This document shows, in pieces, positions 36,939-46,850 of a stretch of 64,000 nt of DNA. How positions within the stretch are numbered: the first letter of the stretch is position 1; the number at the start of each line of letters is the position of its first letter. The notes under the pieces were generated by a model. That model was not told where the DNA came from, did not search any database, and saw only the letters and a program-made list of their open reading frames with translations. This DNA is from Planctomycetota bacterium (GTDB taxonomy: Bacteria > Planctomycetota > UBA8108 > SXIK01): NCBI GenBank assembly GCA_965223265.1, contig OZ244999.1, positions 6,848,001 through 6,912,000 on the forward strand. Reading direction: 5' to 3'. Position numbers and translations under genes: made by a program.

Positions 36939-39128
36939 TTGGCGCCTCACCTCCGCCTCGACAGCGCCAGAATCGGAGCTTGGATCGTGCAGTCATCTTT
37001 CCCCAGTGTGATCGTTTGCGCGCTCGGCGTCCTGAGCCTCTGGCCGCAGCCCGTGGCATCGCAGACCGGCGGTAGCGCCGAGGCGACTGAGGGCGCCCCG
37101 GGACAAGGTCTCGTTTCTGATTATCTACATCGAGAAGCAGAGAGCCTCGCGGCGGCGTGCCTCAGCGATGTGCGGTCGATGGAAGAGTGGACCGAGCGGC
37201 GCGTCCGCTACCGCGACGAGCTCTTCGAGATGCTCGGGCTTGCTCCGCGCCCTGAGCGCACACCGCTGCGCGCCGAGATCACCGGTCGACTTGAGCGCAG
37301 TGATTTCAGAGTTGAGAAGCTACACTTCCAGTCACTCCCCGGGCTCTACGTCACCGGCAACCTCTACCTGCCGCGCGGCGAAGTCGAAGCAGCCCCGGCG
37401 ATTCTCTACGTCTGCGGTCACGGCCGCGTCAAGAAAGGCGACGTCAGTTACGGCAACAAGGCGCATTATCAACACCACGGCGCTTGGTTCGCTCGCCACG
37501 GCTACGTCTGCCTGATGATCGACACGCTGCAGCTCGGCGAGATCGAAGGCACCCACCACGGCACGTATCGCTATGGCATGTGGTGGTGGAACGCGCGTGG
37601 CTACACGCCGGCTGGGGTCGAGGCGTGGAACTCGATTCGAGCACTCGACTACCTCACGTCGCGCCCCGAAGTCGACGCTGAGCGCATCGGCGTGACCGGC
37701 CGCTCAGGAGGCGGAGCGTACAGCTGGTGGGTGGCGGCCCTCGACGATCGCATCAAAGTGGCGGTGCCCGTGGCAGGCATCACAAGCCTCAAGAACCATG
37801 TCATCGACGGCTGCGTCGAAGGACACTGCGACTGCATGTACATGGTCAACACCTACCGCTGGGACTACGCCCAAGTTGCCGCCCTGGTTGCGCCACGGCC
37901 ACTTTTGATCTCCAACAGCGACAAGGATGGCATCTTCCCACTCGACGGCGTCGTCGATATCTACAACCAGGTCCGCGGGATTTACGAACTGCACGACAAG
38001 CTCGACCACATCGGACTTCAGATCACGGAAGGCCCTCACAAGGACACACAAGAGCTGCGCATCCACGCTTTTCGTTGGTTCAACCGCTTCCTCAAGGAAA
38101 CCGACGAGCTGATTGAGAAGCCGGCGATTAAGTTTTTCGAGCCCGAGTCGCTCAAGGTGTTCGACTCCCTGCCGGAAGACTCGATCAACGCGGAGGCGCA
38201 CGAGACGTTCACGCCGCGCGCCGAAACACCGGCACCGCCACCGTCGGCGGCTGCCTGGGAGATCCAGCGCGATCGTTGGTTGGCAGCGCTGCGGTCGAAG
38301 TGTTTTGCAGGCTGGCCCACAGACGGTGCGACCGGGAACGACAGTCACCTACCGCTGCGCCTCGAGAACGTCTCGTCGGACGTGCGCGAGGGAATCGCGC
38401 TCGACACCTACGACTTTGAAAGCCAGAGCCGCGTGCGATTGCGGCTCTACACCCTCCGCAGCGACGAAGTTGCAGCCGAGGAGCTCGACCTCGTCGTCCT
38501 CAACGCGCTCGACGACGCCGGCTGGAACGAGTTCGCCGCGATGATGAGCGCCGGTTTCCCGGGCACGCTCGGTGCCGCGGAAACGCCGCAGCCCGACGCC
38601 GAAGCGTTCACCGCCAACGCCCGCATGTTGAAATCGTTTAAATGGGGCATGGCCTACGTCGCGCCTCGCGGCGTCGGACCGACGGCGTGGAATCCTGATG
38701 AACGCAACCAAACACACATCCGCCGACGCTTCATGCTGCTGGGACAGACTCTCGACTCGATGCGCGTCTGGGATCTACGCCGCGGAGTGCAGGCACTGCG
38801 CCGCGTCGAGGGATTCGCGCGCGTGCCGCTGTGGCTCCAAGCGGAGAGGCAGATGGCCGGGGCCGCGCTCTACGCGTCGCTTTTCGAACCGCGCATCGCC
38901 CGTCTCGACCTTCACGAGCTGCCGCGTTCCCACCGCGACGGCCCAATCTTTCTGAACGTCCTGCGGATTCTCGACGTTCCCCAAGCCGTCGCGCTCGCCG
39001 CCGAGCGTTCGCGCGTTCGGATCTACCAAACCGGCGCCGGTGGTTGGGAGTATCCCTTGGCTGTCGCCGCAAGGCTCGGTTGGGACGAGAAGAGGCTGCA
39101 GGTCCGGGAACCAGCTCCTGGCGAGTAG
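36939..39128 (+). CDS. Secreted alpha/beta hydrolase (acetylxylan esterase/dienelactone hydrolase-like)
   Basis: PGLYVTGNLYLP, YVCGH, RALDYL..RPEVDAERIGVTGRSGGG (nucleophile elbow) and VAPRPLLI. The start codon is uncertain. Confidence 0.85.
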   Translation: MAPHLRLDSARIGAWIVQSSFPSVIVCALGVLSLWPQPVASQTGGSAEATEGAPGQGLVSDYLHREAESLAAACLSDVRSMEEWTERRVRYRDELFEMLGLAPRPERTPLRAEITGRLERSDFRVEKLHFQSLPGLYVTGNLYLPRGEVEAAPAILYVCGHGRVKKGDVSYGNKAHYQHHGAWFARHGYVCLMIDTLQLGEIEGTHHGTYRYGMWWWNARGYTPAGVEAWNSIRALDYLTSRPEVDAERIGVTGRSGGGAYSWWVAALDDRIKVAVPVAGITSLKNHVIDGCVEGHCDCMYMVNTYRWDYAQVAALVAPRPLLISNSDKDGIFPLDGVVDIYNQVRGIYELHDKLDHIGLQITEGPHKDTQELRIHAFRWFNRFLKETDELIEKPAIKFFEPESLKVFDSLPEDSINAEAHETFTPRAETPAPPPSAAAWEIQRDRWLAALRSKCFAGWPTDGATGNDSHLPLRLENVSSDVREGIALDTYDFESQSRVRLRLYTLRSDEVAAEELDLVVLNALDDAGWNEFAAMMSAGFPGTLGAAETPQPDAEAFTANARMLKSFKWGMAYVAPRGVGPTAWNPDERNQTHIRRRFMLLGQTLDSMRVWDLRRGVQALRRVEGFARVPLWLQAERQMAGAALYASLFEPRIARLDLHELPRSHRDGPIFLNVLRILDVPQAVALAAERSRVRIYQTGAGGWEYPLAVAARLGWDEKRLQVREPAPGE

Positions 39129-39208
39129 CGATCTCTTCGTTCGCCCACTCGCCCATCTGGGCCGGCGGTTTTGCCGAGCGCTAGATCCTGAGTGCCACGA
39201 GGCGCCCG

Positions 39209-40546
39209 TCAACCAACGAGAGGCGTGAGCGCTTTGTGCACTTCCTTGATCGCTGTCCAGGCGCCGATCACCGACAGTGCGAAAAGGATCGCCATGACGA
39301 GGTTGTCCCACCAGCGATTGCGATACTCTCGACCGATGTAACGACTGGAACTCGTGATCCACCAAAGCCCGCCGGCGAGAAACGGGATGATGACGACCTG
39401 GGCGCCTTGAGACAGGAGGGTGAGCGTGACGAAGTCGGCGCCTTTCGGAAATGACCAAACGAGTGAGGTGATGAGACACCAGTAAACGATCGTCGGATGG
39501 AGCGGGTGCTTGTGATACGAAGGAAGCTCAACTCCTGCGCCATGCTTCCAGCGGAGAAACGCATGACTGCCAAGCGCAGCGAGGCCAAGCGCATGGCCAA
39601 CGAGTGACGTGTAGACCGCCGCGAAAATGCCGCAGTAAAAGAGGATCCGCCCGCCGTTACCAAGCACCTCGCTGAGGAGGGCCGGCAGATCGTCGAGGCC
39701 GTTGATCGTCAGCCCCCTGGGATGCAAGATCTGCGCGCCGAGCACCCAAACCGAAAGGTTCAGGATAATCATGACGACAATCGCGAGTAAAAAATCGTAG
39801 GTCTGCAGACGTCGGTACCGTGGTCCACGCCACCCCTTGGCCTCGAGGAAGTACGGGTAAACGAGATTCATGAGCGAACCGCCGACGGCGCCAATCATGC
39901 CGACGGCGACGAGGAGCGGGCCAAATCGGCCTTTTTCAGGCGGCACTTCGAGGTTGATCAGCCCGCGCAGGATTCCACTGACGTCCGGCTTGACCCAAAT
40001 TGCGCAGCCGAGAAAAGAGATCGCCAGGACCGCCAGCAGGAGCTTGAACACCCACTCGATGCCGGTGTAAACCGACTTCAGCACGATGATGAGTGTCAAG
40101 GCATTCCAGAAGATCGCCCACATCCACACTTCACCGATCCCGATCACGTTGACGCAGATCTCACCGAGGCCGCGGGTCATGTAGGCGCAGTAAACGTGGC
40201 CAAAGACGAACACTGCGATGCAGATGAGCGGTGGATAGAAACGGCTCAATCGCGCCAATCCATCCAACACTCCCTCGCCGTGCTGATTGCACAACTGGTA
40301 GCGAGCGATCAGCGAGACAAACAAAAAACGCATGGCGATGGCCACAACAACCACCCACATGAGCGAATAGCCAAAGTCGGCCCCGGCCACACCAATGTCG
40401 ACTATGTCGCCCGCACCGAGCCAGGTCAGTACGACGACCAAACCAGGCCCGAAAGAACGGAGATACTCGAAGAAAGTACTCGGCAACGCGGCGCCGCCGC
40501 CGGTCGCTTGAGCGGCGCTACGCTCTGAATCGGATTCCGAGCTCAT
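39209..40546 (-). CDS. Nramp/YcsG-like divalent metal ion or solute transporter
   Basis: FGPGLVVVLTWLGAGDI..GADFGYSLMW, IGAVGGS and about 11 TM segments. Confidence 0.82.
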   Translation of the reverse strand: MSSESDSERSAAQATGGGAALPSTFFEYLRSFGPGLVVVLTWLGAGDIVDIGVAGADFGYSLMWVVVVAIAMRFLFVSLIARYQLCNQHGEGVLDGLARLSRFYPPLICIAVFVFGHVYCAYMTRGLGEICVNVIGIGEVWMWAIFWNALTLIIVLKSVYTGIEWVFKLLLAVLAISFLGCAIWVKPDVSGILRGLINLEVPPEKGRFGPLLVAVGMIGAVGGSLMNLVYPYFLEAKGWRGPRYRRLQTYDFLLAIVVMIILNLSVWVLGAQILHPRGLTINGLDDLPALLSEVLGNGGRILFYCGIFAAVYTSLVGHALGLAALGSHAFLRWKHGAGVELPSYHKHPLHPTIVYWCLITSLVWSFPKGADFVTLTLLSQGAQVVIIPFLAGGLWWITSSSRYIGREYRNRWWDNLVMAILFALSVIGAWTAIKEVHKALTPLVG

Positions 40547-40726
40547 GTTCTCAACTCGCCGAGGTGGAAAGGAGTGAGCGACGGTGCAGACGAGCCGCTG
40601 GATTCATGAGAGGACCCTTTCTGGTATGCTGAGCGTCCGCGCCGAGAAAAAGTGAGGCGATTCGAAAGCGCAGCCGCGATCAAGGCGTCCCCGCGAGAAT
40701 TCACGCGGGTCTACCACAGGACGAAC

Positions 40727-41743
40727 ATGCAAGAACCTTCACCTTCCGACGATTCAGGCGTCTTCCAGAGTCAGCGCAACTGGGCGCCGTTCGCAACCTT
40801 CGATCCGAACGCGGGCACCGTCATCCGCATGCCGCCCGGAAGCGGAAGAGGCTACTGGGCGGGCGCGCCGAGTGTCAACCACGACGACGACAGCGGCGAC
40901 GTTTTTCTCGTCTACCGTCTGCGACGACCACGCGGCGTCGAGCCTGACCGGGGAGGCGTCGTGCGAATCGCGCGCAGTCGAGACGGTGTGCAGTTCGAAG
41001 ACGTGTGGGAGGGTCAAAAAGCGACCTTGGGCAGCTCAAGCATCGAGCGCTGCACGCTGCACCGCTTGCCCGACGGCGCCTGGGCTCTGTACGTCAGTTA
41101 CGTCGATCCAACCGACGGACGCTGGCGCATCGACGTCGCGAAAGCTTCGCGTCCGGACCAGTTCGACCTGACGAGCTGCGAAGCCGTCTTGACCGCGCGC
41201 GATCTCGGTGCAGAGGGAGTCAAGGACCCGTTTGTCTTTCGTTTCGGCGGCGTCCACCACATGATCGTCAGCTACGCCATCGCGTTGCGTGATGACGTCA
41301 CTGACGCGGACCTGCATGGCACACACGATGCCTACAACACGGGGTTGATCACGTCGTGTTCCGGTTTGGCTCTGAGTCACGACGGACTCGCGTGGCAATG
41401 GCAAGGCCCCGTCCTCTCGCCACGACCTGGAGGCCCTGCACCATCATGGGACGCATACTGCACGCGAATCGCAACTCTGTGGCGGCAAGACGCCGTGTGG
41501 TTCGCTTTCTATGACGGCTCGGCGAGCGTGGACGAAAACTACGAAGAGCGATGCGGTCTGGCCTACAGCGCCGACCTGCGGTCGTTTCATCGTCTCACCA
41601 CGCGCGGCCCTCTGTTCGCACGCCATCACAACGAGGGTGCTCTGCGCTACTTCGATCTACTGCGATTGCGATCGGGAGACTACTACTACTACGAACAAGC
41701 GCGTTCCGACGGCAGCCACGACCTCCGCGTTCTCCGCCTCTAG
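40727..41743 (+). CDS. Five-bladed beta-propeller glycoside-hydrolase-like protein
   Basis: YWAGAPSV, IARSRDGVQF, GVKDPFV, GLALSHDGLAW and CGLAYSADL. ATG 40727 has an AGGA RBS. Confidence 0.7.
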   Translation: MQEPSPSDDSGVFQSQRNWAPFATFDPNAGTVIRMPPGSGRGYWAGAPSVNHDDDSGDVFLVYRLRRPRGVEPDRGGVVRIARSRDGVQFEDVWEGQKATLGSSSIERCTLHRLPDGAWALYVSYVDPTDGRWRIDVAKASRPDQFDLTSCEAVLTARDLGAEGVKDPFVFRFGGVHHMIVSYAIALRDDVTDADLHGTHDAYNTGLITSCSGLALSHDGLAWQWQGPVLSPRPGGPAPSWDAYCTRIATLWRQDAVWFAFYDGSASVDENYEERCGLAYSADLRSFHRLTTRGPLFARHHNEGALRYFDLLRLRSGDYYYYEQARSDGSHDLRVLRL

Positions 41744-41967
41744 CGACAGGCTCGCGCGCTCCAGATTTCATTGATCTTTCGTTGACATCGCCGCACTGTC
41801 AGGCAAGATCGTGGCGACGGCAGGGAGGAAGCGCTGGGCCCAAGGTTCCCGTCCGCGGGAACACGGAACGCGTGAGGAAGCCGCCTCACACCGGTCATGC
41901 GACACGGTCACGGCGTGCGGATCGAGTTCACGCGAGCTGTAGTTTTCCTGTCAGAGTCGGAGACAAC

Positions 41968-43701
41968 TTGGAACCGCCCGCGCTCAAAAGGACGTACCAG
42001 CGCCGATACCTGGGCGATTCGTTCGATCCAGGCGAAAGTGACGCACTTGCGCGCTGTTTTCGCGAACTCAAAGAACGCCCCATCGATGACCTTGCGGCAC
42101 TCGAGGCTTGGTGCCTGGATTGGAGCGAGCTTGTGGCGGCCTTCGGCGAAGGTCGAGCGCAAAGATACATCGACCACACCGTCGACACACGAAACCAAAG
42201 CAGCGATGCCCGCTATCGCGCCTGGATCGAGGACGTCGAGCCGGTTTTTCTCGACGGTTCCTTCGCGCTGGAGCAGCGGCTGACGAAACACTCGTTCTGC
42301 GGTCAGCTGCCGCGGGAGTTCGGCATGTTCCTTCGCCGCGTGCGAAACGACGTCGACCTTTATCGCGCAGAAAACGTCCCGCTCCTCATTGAGGAGCGCA
42401 AGCTCAAAGCCGAGTACAACAAGATTGCCGGCAGCATTCTGGTCGTTTTCGACGGCGTCGAGTACACAGCCCCGCAGATGGGATGCTTTTTGGAATCCCC
42501 AGACCGCGCCGTCCGCGAGCGAGCATATCGTGGGCTGAGCGATCAGCGCCTCGAAGTACGCGAGCGCATCGAGTCCCTCTTCGATCGACAGCTAGAATTA
42601 CGACATCGAATCGCTCGCAACGCGGGATTCGATAACTTTCGAAGCTATCGCTGGCGAGAACTCGAACGATTCGACTACACACCGCAACATTGCGCGAAAT
42701 TCCATGCCGCGGTGAAAAAAATCGTCGTACCGATCGTGCGGTCCGAGGATGAACGACGTCAGCAGCTCCTCGAGCTCGAGACCCTACGACCATGGGACCT
42801 TGCCGTGGATCCCGACGGCAATGATCCGCTGCGGCCTTTCACCGAATCAACCGACCTCGTCGCCGGCTGCAAGGAGATGTTTCGTCGTGTCGACGCGAGA
42901 TTCGCAGCTTATTTCGACGATATGATCGACCGCGATCTTCTCGACCTCGACTCACGCGACGGCAAGGCTCCGGGAGGCTATCAGTACACTCTCATGGAGC
43001 AGCGTGTCCCGTTCGTATTCATGAACGCGAGCGGCCTGCAGCGCGACGTGAAAACAATGCTGCACGAAGGTGGACACGCGTTCCACGCCTATGAATGTCG
43101 CGATTTGCGCCTGACGAGCTACCGATCAGCGCCGACTGAGTTTTCAGAGGTGGCGAGTATGGCGATGGAGCTGATAGCCGGCGAGCATCTCGACGTGTTC
43201 TACGACCGACCCGAAGACGCGCGGCGAGCCCGTCTCCGACATTTAGAGGGTGTGGTACGACAACTCGCATGGATTGCGACCATCGATGAGTTTCAACACT
43301 GGGTCTACACGAACCCCGGACACGGGCGCGCGGAACGAGAGAGCGCCTGGTTGACGACGCTCGATGGCTACAAATCCGGCGTCGTCGATCATTCCGGCTG
43401 CGAGGCGTACCGCAGGAGCAGCTGGACTGCACAGTCGCACGTCCTGCGCTCGCCGTTTTACTATATCGAATACGCGATCGCACAGCTCGGTGCGCTGCAG
43501 GTTTGGCGAAACTATCGATCCGATCCTGAGGGTGCACTCGAAAAGTATCGCCGATCTCTCGCCCTCGGCGGCTCATGCCCACTCCCCGAGCTTTTCGAGA
43601 CGGCCGGCGCGCAACTCGAGTTTTCAGAGTCCATGGTCGCCGAGATGCTCGGGCTGGTGGCCGCCGAGGTCACACGTCTGCGCGGCGAGCGCACCGCGTG
43701 A
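41968..43701 (+). CDS. M3-family oligoendopeptidase (PepF-like)
   Basis: LRPWDL, GKAPGGYQ, zinc motif HEGGH, EFSEVASMAMEL and PFYYIEYAIAQLGALQ. TTG 41968 has a GGAG RBS. Confidence 0.92.
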   Translation: MEPPALKRTYQRRYLGDSFDPGESDALARCFRELKERPIDDLAALEAWCLDWSELVAAFGEGRAQRYIDHTVDTRNQSSDARYRAWIEDVEPVFLDGSFALEQRLTKHSFCGQLPREFGMFLRRVRNDVDLYRAENVPLLIEERKLKAEYNKIAGSILVVFDGVEYTAPQMGCFLESPDRAVRERAYRGLSDQRLEVRERIESLFDRQLELRHRIARNAGFDNFRSYRWRELERFDYTPQHCAKFHAAVKKIVVPIVRSEDERRQQLLELETLRPWDLAVDPDGNDPLRPFTESTDLVAGCKEMFRRVDARFAAYFDDMIDRDLLDLDSRDGKAPGGYQYTLMEQRVPFVFMNASGLQRDVKTMLHEGGHAFHAYECRDLRLTSYRSAPTEFSEVASMAMELIAGEHLDVFYDRPEDARRARLRHLEGVVRQLAWIATIDEFQHWVYTNPGHGRAERESAWLTTLDGYKSGVVDHSGCEAYRRSSWTAQSHVLRSPFYYIEYAIAQLGALQVWRNYRSDPEGALEKYRRSLALGGSCPLPELFETAGAQLEFSESMVAEMLGLVAAEVTRLRGERTA

Positions 43702-43933
43702 GGCGGCATTCAGCGACGACTGCGCGTGGGCTCGGGCAAGCCTGCCTCCTGCGGTCCAGCCGGAACGATGGGGGAATCGGGCGACGCACCGAAAGGGCGC
43801 TGCCGCCACACGACTCCCGGACGGCCGGGGTTACCGGGCGACGTAACTTCGCATTGGCTTGCGCCCGCGGCGCCGCGAGGCGTACAATGCAGCGCGTGTC
43901 GAACGTCGACGCCATTTCGCGCGGGGAATCACT

Positions 43934-45304
43934 ATGAGTGCGTCCATCAATCCCGCTCGCCGCTGTCCGGGCACCCTGTCGCGGCGCTCTTTCGTCCGCT
44001 CCGGTGCGGCCGGCTTCGGCGCGCTCACGCTCGCGAATCTGTTGCGACTCGAGGAGCTCGCTGCCGCGCGCGGGTTGCCACTACCGAGCGAGAAGTCGAT
44101 GATCGTCCTATGGCTCTGGGGCGGCCCGAGCCACATGGACACGTTCGACCTGAAGCCGCACGCCCCGAGCGAGTATCGCGGCGAGTTTCGACCCGTGCGC
44201 ACGAACGTCACCGGCATCGAGATCTGCGAGCACCTGCCGCGGCTCGCGCAACTGGCAGATAAATACGTGATCGTGCGGTCGTGTCACCACAACAGCCCGG
44301 GTCACGTCAACAGCACGCACAGCGTCATGACCGGGTATCCCGGCGAGCTCGTCGAGACGCCGCCCTACCGGCCGAAGTACCCGGATTTTTGGGCGGTGAC
44401 GAAAAAGGTTCTCGGCGAACGCGAGAGTGGATTGCCAGCGCACGTTGCGCTGCCGCGCACGCGCTACGAAGGCGCCGCGTATCTTGGGGCTGGCCTCGAC
44501 TCGTTCGTGGTGTCGGCAGACCCCAACGCGGCCGGCTTTCACGTCCCGAATCTCGCGGTTGAAAAGCGCGCTGCGGGACGCGTCAACCGGCGCCTCGATC
44601 TGCTCAAAGAGGTTGATAGCCTGCGCCGCGACCTCGACGCGTCGAATGTCATGGAGTCGATGGATCGTTTCAATCGCCAGGCAGTCTCCATCCTCACGAG
44701 CGACCGTGCAAGAGAGGCGTTCGCCATCGAGAGTGAAGATCCGAAGGTCCGTGATCGCTACGGGCGCCACGCCGTCGGCCAGCGCTGCTTGTTGGCACGA
44801 CGCCTGGTGGAGAACGGCGCACGCCTCGTGACGATCGATTTTCCGTGTGTGCCGGGCCAGAAGGCATTCAGTTGGGACGACCATGCGAGCGTCTGGAACA
44901 TCTTCGAACAAATGAAGATCCGCTTGCCCGTGCTCGATCAAGTGGTCTCGGCGTTGATCGAGGACATCTACGCGCGCGGCATGGAGAATGACGTCCTGTT
45001 CGTCGTCATGGGCGAGATGTCCCACACTCCAAAGCTGAGCAACTTCAAAGGCCAGCCAGGACGCGAGCACTGGGGCCGCTCAATGTCCCTTCTCATGTCA
45101 GGCGGCGGCCTCCGCATGGGGCAAACGATCGGCTCAACGACGCTCAAGGGAGACGAACCCAAGGATCGACCGTTGGTGCCAGGCGACCTGCTGGCGACCT
45201 GGTACAAGTATCTCGGCGTGCCGCTGGAGCTCAACTTCAACGACTTCAGCGACCGGCCGATTCCGATCCTGCCTGAAGGTGAACCGATCGGCGAGCTTTT
45301 CTGA
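43934..45304 (+). CDS. DUF1501 family protein
   Basis: SRRSFV Tat motif, LWLWGGPSHMDTFDLKP, GQRCLLARRLVENG, WDDH and GREHWG. Confidence 0.92.
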   Translation: MSASINPARRCPGTLSRRSFVRSGAAGFGALTLANLLRLEELAAARGLPLPSEKSMIVLWLWGGPSHMDTFDLKPHAPSEYRGEFRPVRTNVTGIEICEHLPRLAQLADKYVIVRSCHHNSPGHVNSTHSVMTGYPGELVETPPYRPKYPDFWAVTKKVLGERESGLPAHVALPRTRYEGAAYLGAGLDSFVVSADPNAAGFHVPNLAVEKRAAGRVNRRLDLLKEVDSLRRDLDASNVMESMDRFNRQAVSILTSDRAREAFAIESEDPKVRDRYGRHAVGQRCLLARRLVENGARLVTIDFPCVPGQKAFSWDDHASVWNIFEQMKIRLPVLDQVVSALIEDIYARGMENDVLFVVMGEMSHTPKLSNFKGQPGREHWGRSMSLLMSGGGLRMGQTIGSTTLKGDEPKDRPLVPGDLLATWYKYLGVPLELNFNDFSDRPIPILPEGEPIGELF

Positions 45305-45518
45305 TCGCGTCGCGACCAGCTGAGCTGGCGCTGATCGCGCTGATCGCCCGATCCCTGGCAGTCGCGAAACAAAGAAGCGTGACCGCCCCAACGTGGATCC
45401 GTCGTCGCACGCGCTGGCTCCGTGGTTGCTCCGCATCGACGCCGACAAGATAATGCGCTGTCGACAAAAAGCAGCGTAAGCGCTTCTATGGACGAGCTCA
45501 CTGAGGAGAGAACGAGAC

Positions 45519-46805
45519 ATGAGACGATCGACGGCGTCGTTACTTTTCCTACTATGGACCTTCCAAGCCCACGCCGATACGTGGCCTGGTTTTCGAGGCG
45601 CAAGCGGCAGCGGCGTCTCGCGTGAACGCGGCCTTCCGACCAGCTGGTCTGAGAGCAGCGGAATGGCGTGGACAACGACGCTCCCGGGCCGCGGGAATTC
45701 CTCGCCGGCGGTCAGCGACGTGCGCGTCTTCGTTACGGCCCATGACAAGGATCTGTCGCTCCGAGTCATCGCCCTCGACAAGCGAAGCGGCGATATCCTG
45801 TGGCAGGAGACGTTCGGCCATGGCGAACTCGCGGCGAACGGGGAGCGCGAGCTCTACGTCCACCGGCACAACGCGGCAACGCCGTCACCGGTGGTCGACG
45901 AGCGCCATGTCTGGGCCTACTTCGGCACCGGCCGCCTGGTCTGCCTCGAGGCTTCCAGCGGCAAACTCAAGTGGAAACGAGACCTCAACAAAGACTACGG
46001 CGACTATTCGATTCGCTTCGGCATGGCGTCGTCGCCGCGTCTGTGGGGCGATAGACTCTTTTTTTGTTGTATCCACAAAGGCGCTTCGTACGTCCTCGCG
46101 CTGGACAAGCACTCTGGTGAGAAGGTCTGGATGACCCCAAGAGACTACCCAGCAGAAGACGACGGGCAGGACGGCTACTCCACGCCGGCGATTCTCGAGG
46201 CGGATGGTCGAGCTGCGTTGGTCGTCTCAGGCGCCGATCACGTCGACGCCTATGAGATCGTGACGGGAAGGCGTCTCTGGTTCAGCAGCGGCCTGAAGAT
46301 CAAGTCGAAATATGGCCGCATTCTGGCGTCGCCTGCCATCGGTGACGGTGTCGTCGTCGCGTGCTCGGGCAATCCCATGGGAGGCGTTGGGCGAGCCATC
46401 GCGCTACGGAGCGGCGGTAGCGGTGACGTGACTCAGAAGCATCGTCTGTGGAAGTATGGCCCGCACAGCTCCGACGCGCCGACGCCGGTCTGCTACCGCG
46501 GTCGTGTCTACATGGTGCGCGACGACGGGGTCGGCTCTTGCCTCGATCTACAAAGCGGCGAGCTCATATGGCGCGAACGCATTGCCAAAGGACCGTTTCG
46601 CGCCTCGCCAGTCGCTGGCGATGGGAAAGTGTACTTCCTCAACCGCGACGGCCTATGCGTCGTAGTCAAGGAGGGCGACACTCACAACGTCGTCGCGACC
46701 AACGAGCTCGAGGGAACGTTCTTCGCCGCCCCTGCGATCAGCGATGGGATGATCTTCCTCCGCGGCCACCACCGTCTGATCGCGATCGGCAAGAGCGCGC
46801 GTTAG
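45519..46805 (+). CDS. PQQ-binding-like (BamB-like) beta-propeller protein
   Basis: Signal peptide, WPGFRG, GNSSPAV, ATPSPV, ASSPRL and ASPVAGDGKVY. Confidence 0.88.
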   Translation: MRRSTASLLFLLWTFQAHADTWPGFRGASGSGVSRERGLPTSWSESSGMAWTTTLPGRGNSSPAVSDVRVFVTAHDKDLSLRVIALDKRSGDILWQETFGHGELAANGERELYVHRHNAATPSPVVDERHVWAYFGTGRLVCLEASSGKLKWKRDLNKDYGDYSIRFGMASSPRLWGDRLFFCCIHKGASYVLALDKHSGEKVWMTPRDYPAEDDGQDGYSTPAILEADGRAALVVSGADHVDAYEIVTGRRLWFSSGLKIKSKYGRILASPAIGDGVVVACSGNPMGGVGRAIALRSGGSGDVTQKHRLWKYGPHSSDAPTPVCYRGRVYMVRDDGVGSCLDLQSGELIWRERIAKGPFRASPVAGDGKVYFLNRDGLCVVVKEGDTHNVVATNELEGTFFAAPAISDGMIFLRGHHRLIAIGKSAR

Positions 46806-46850
46806 CGCACGTCGTCGCAGAGTCGAGCTGATCACATTGGGAGACTATCA

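Noticed and set aside
41551-41967. N-terminal extension of the M3 peptidase
   Set aside because: It overlaps the upstream gene and has no protein-like composition; TTG 41968 has an RBS.
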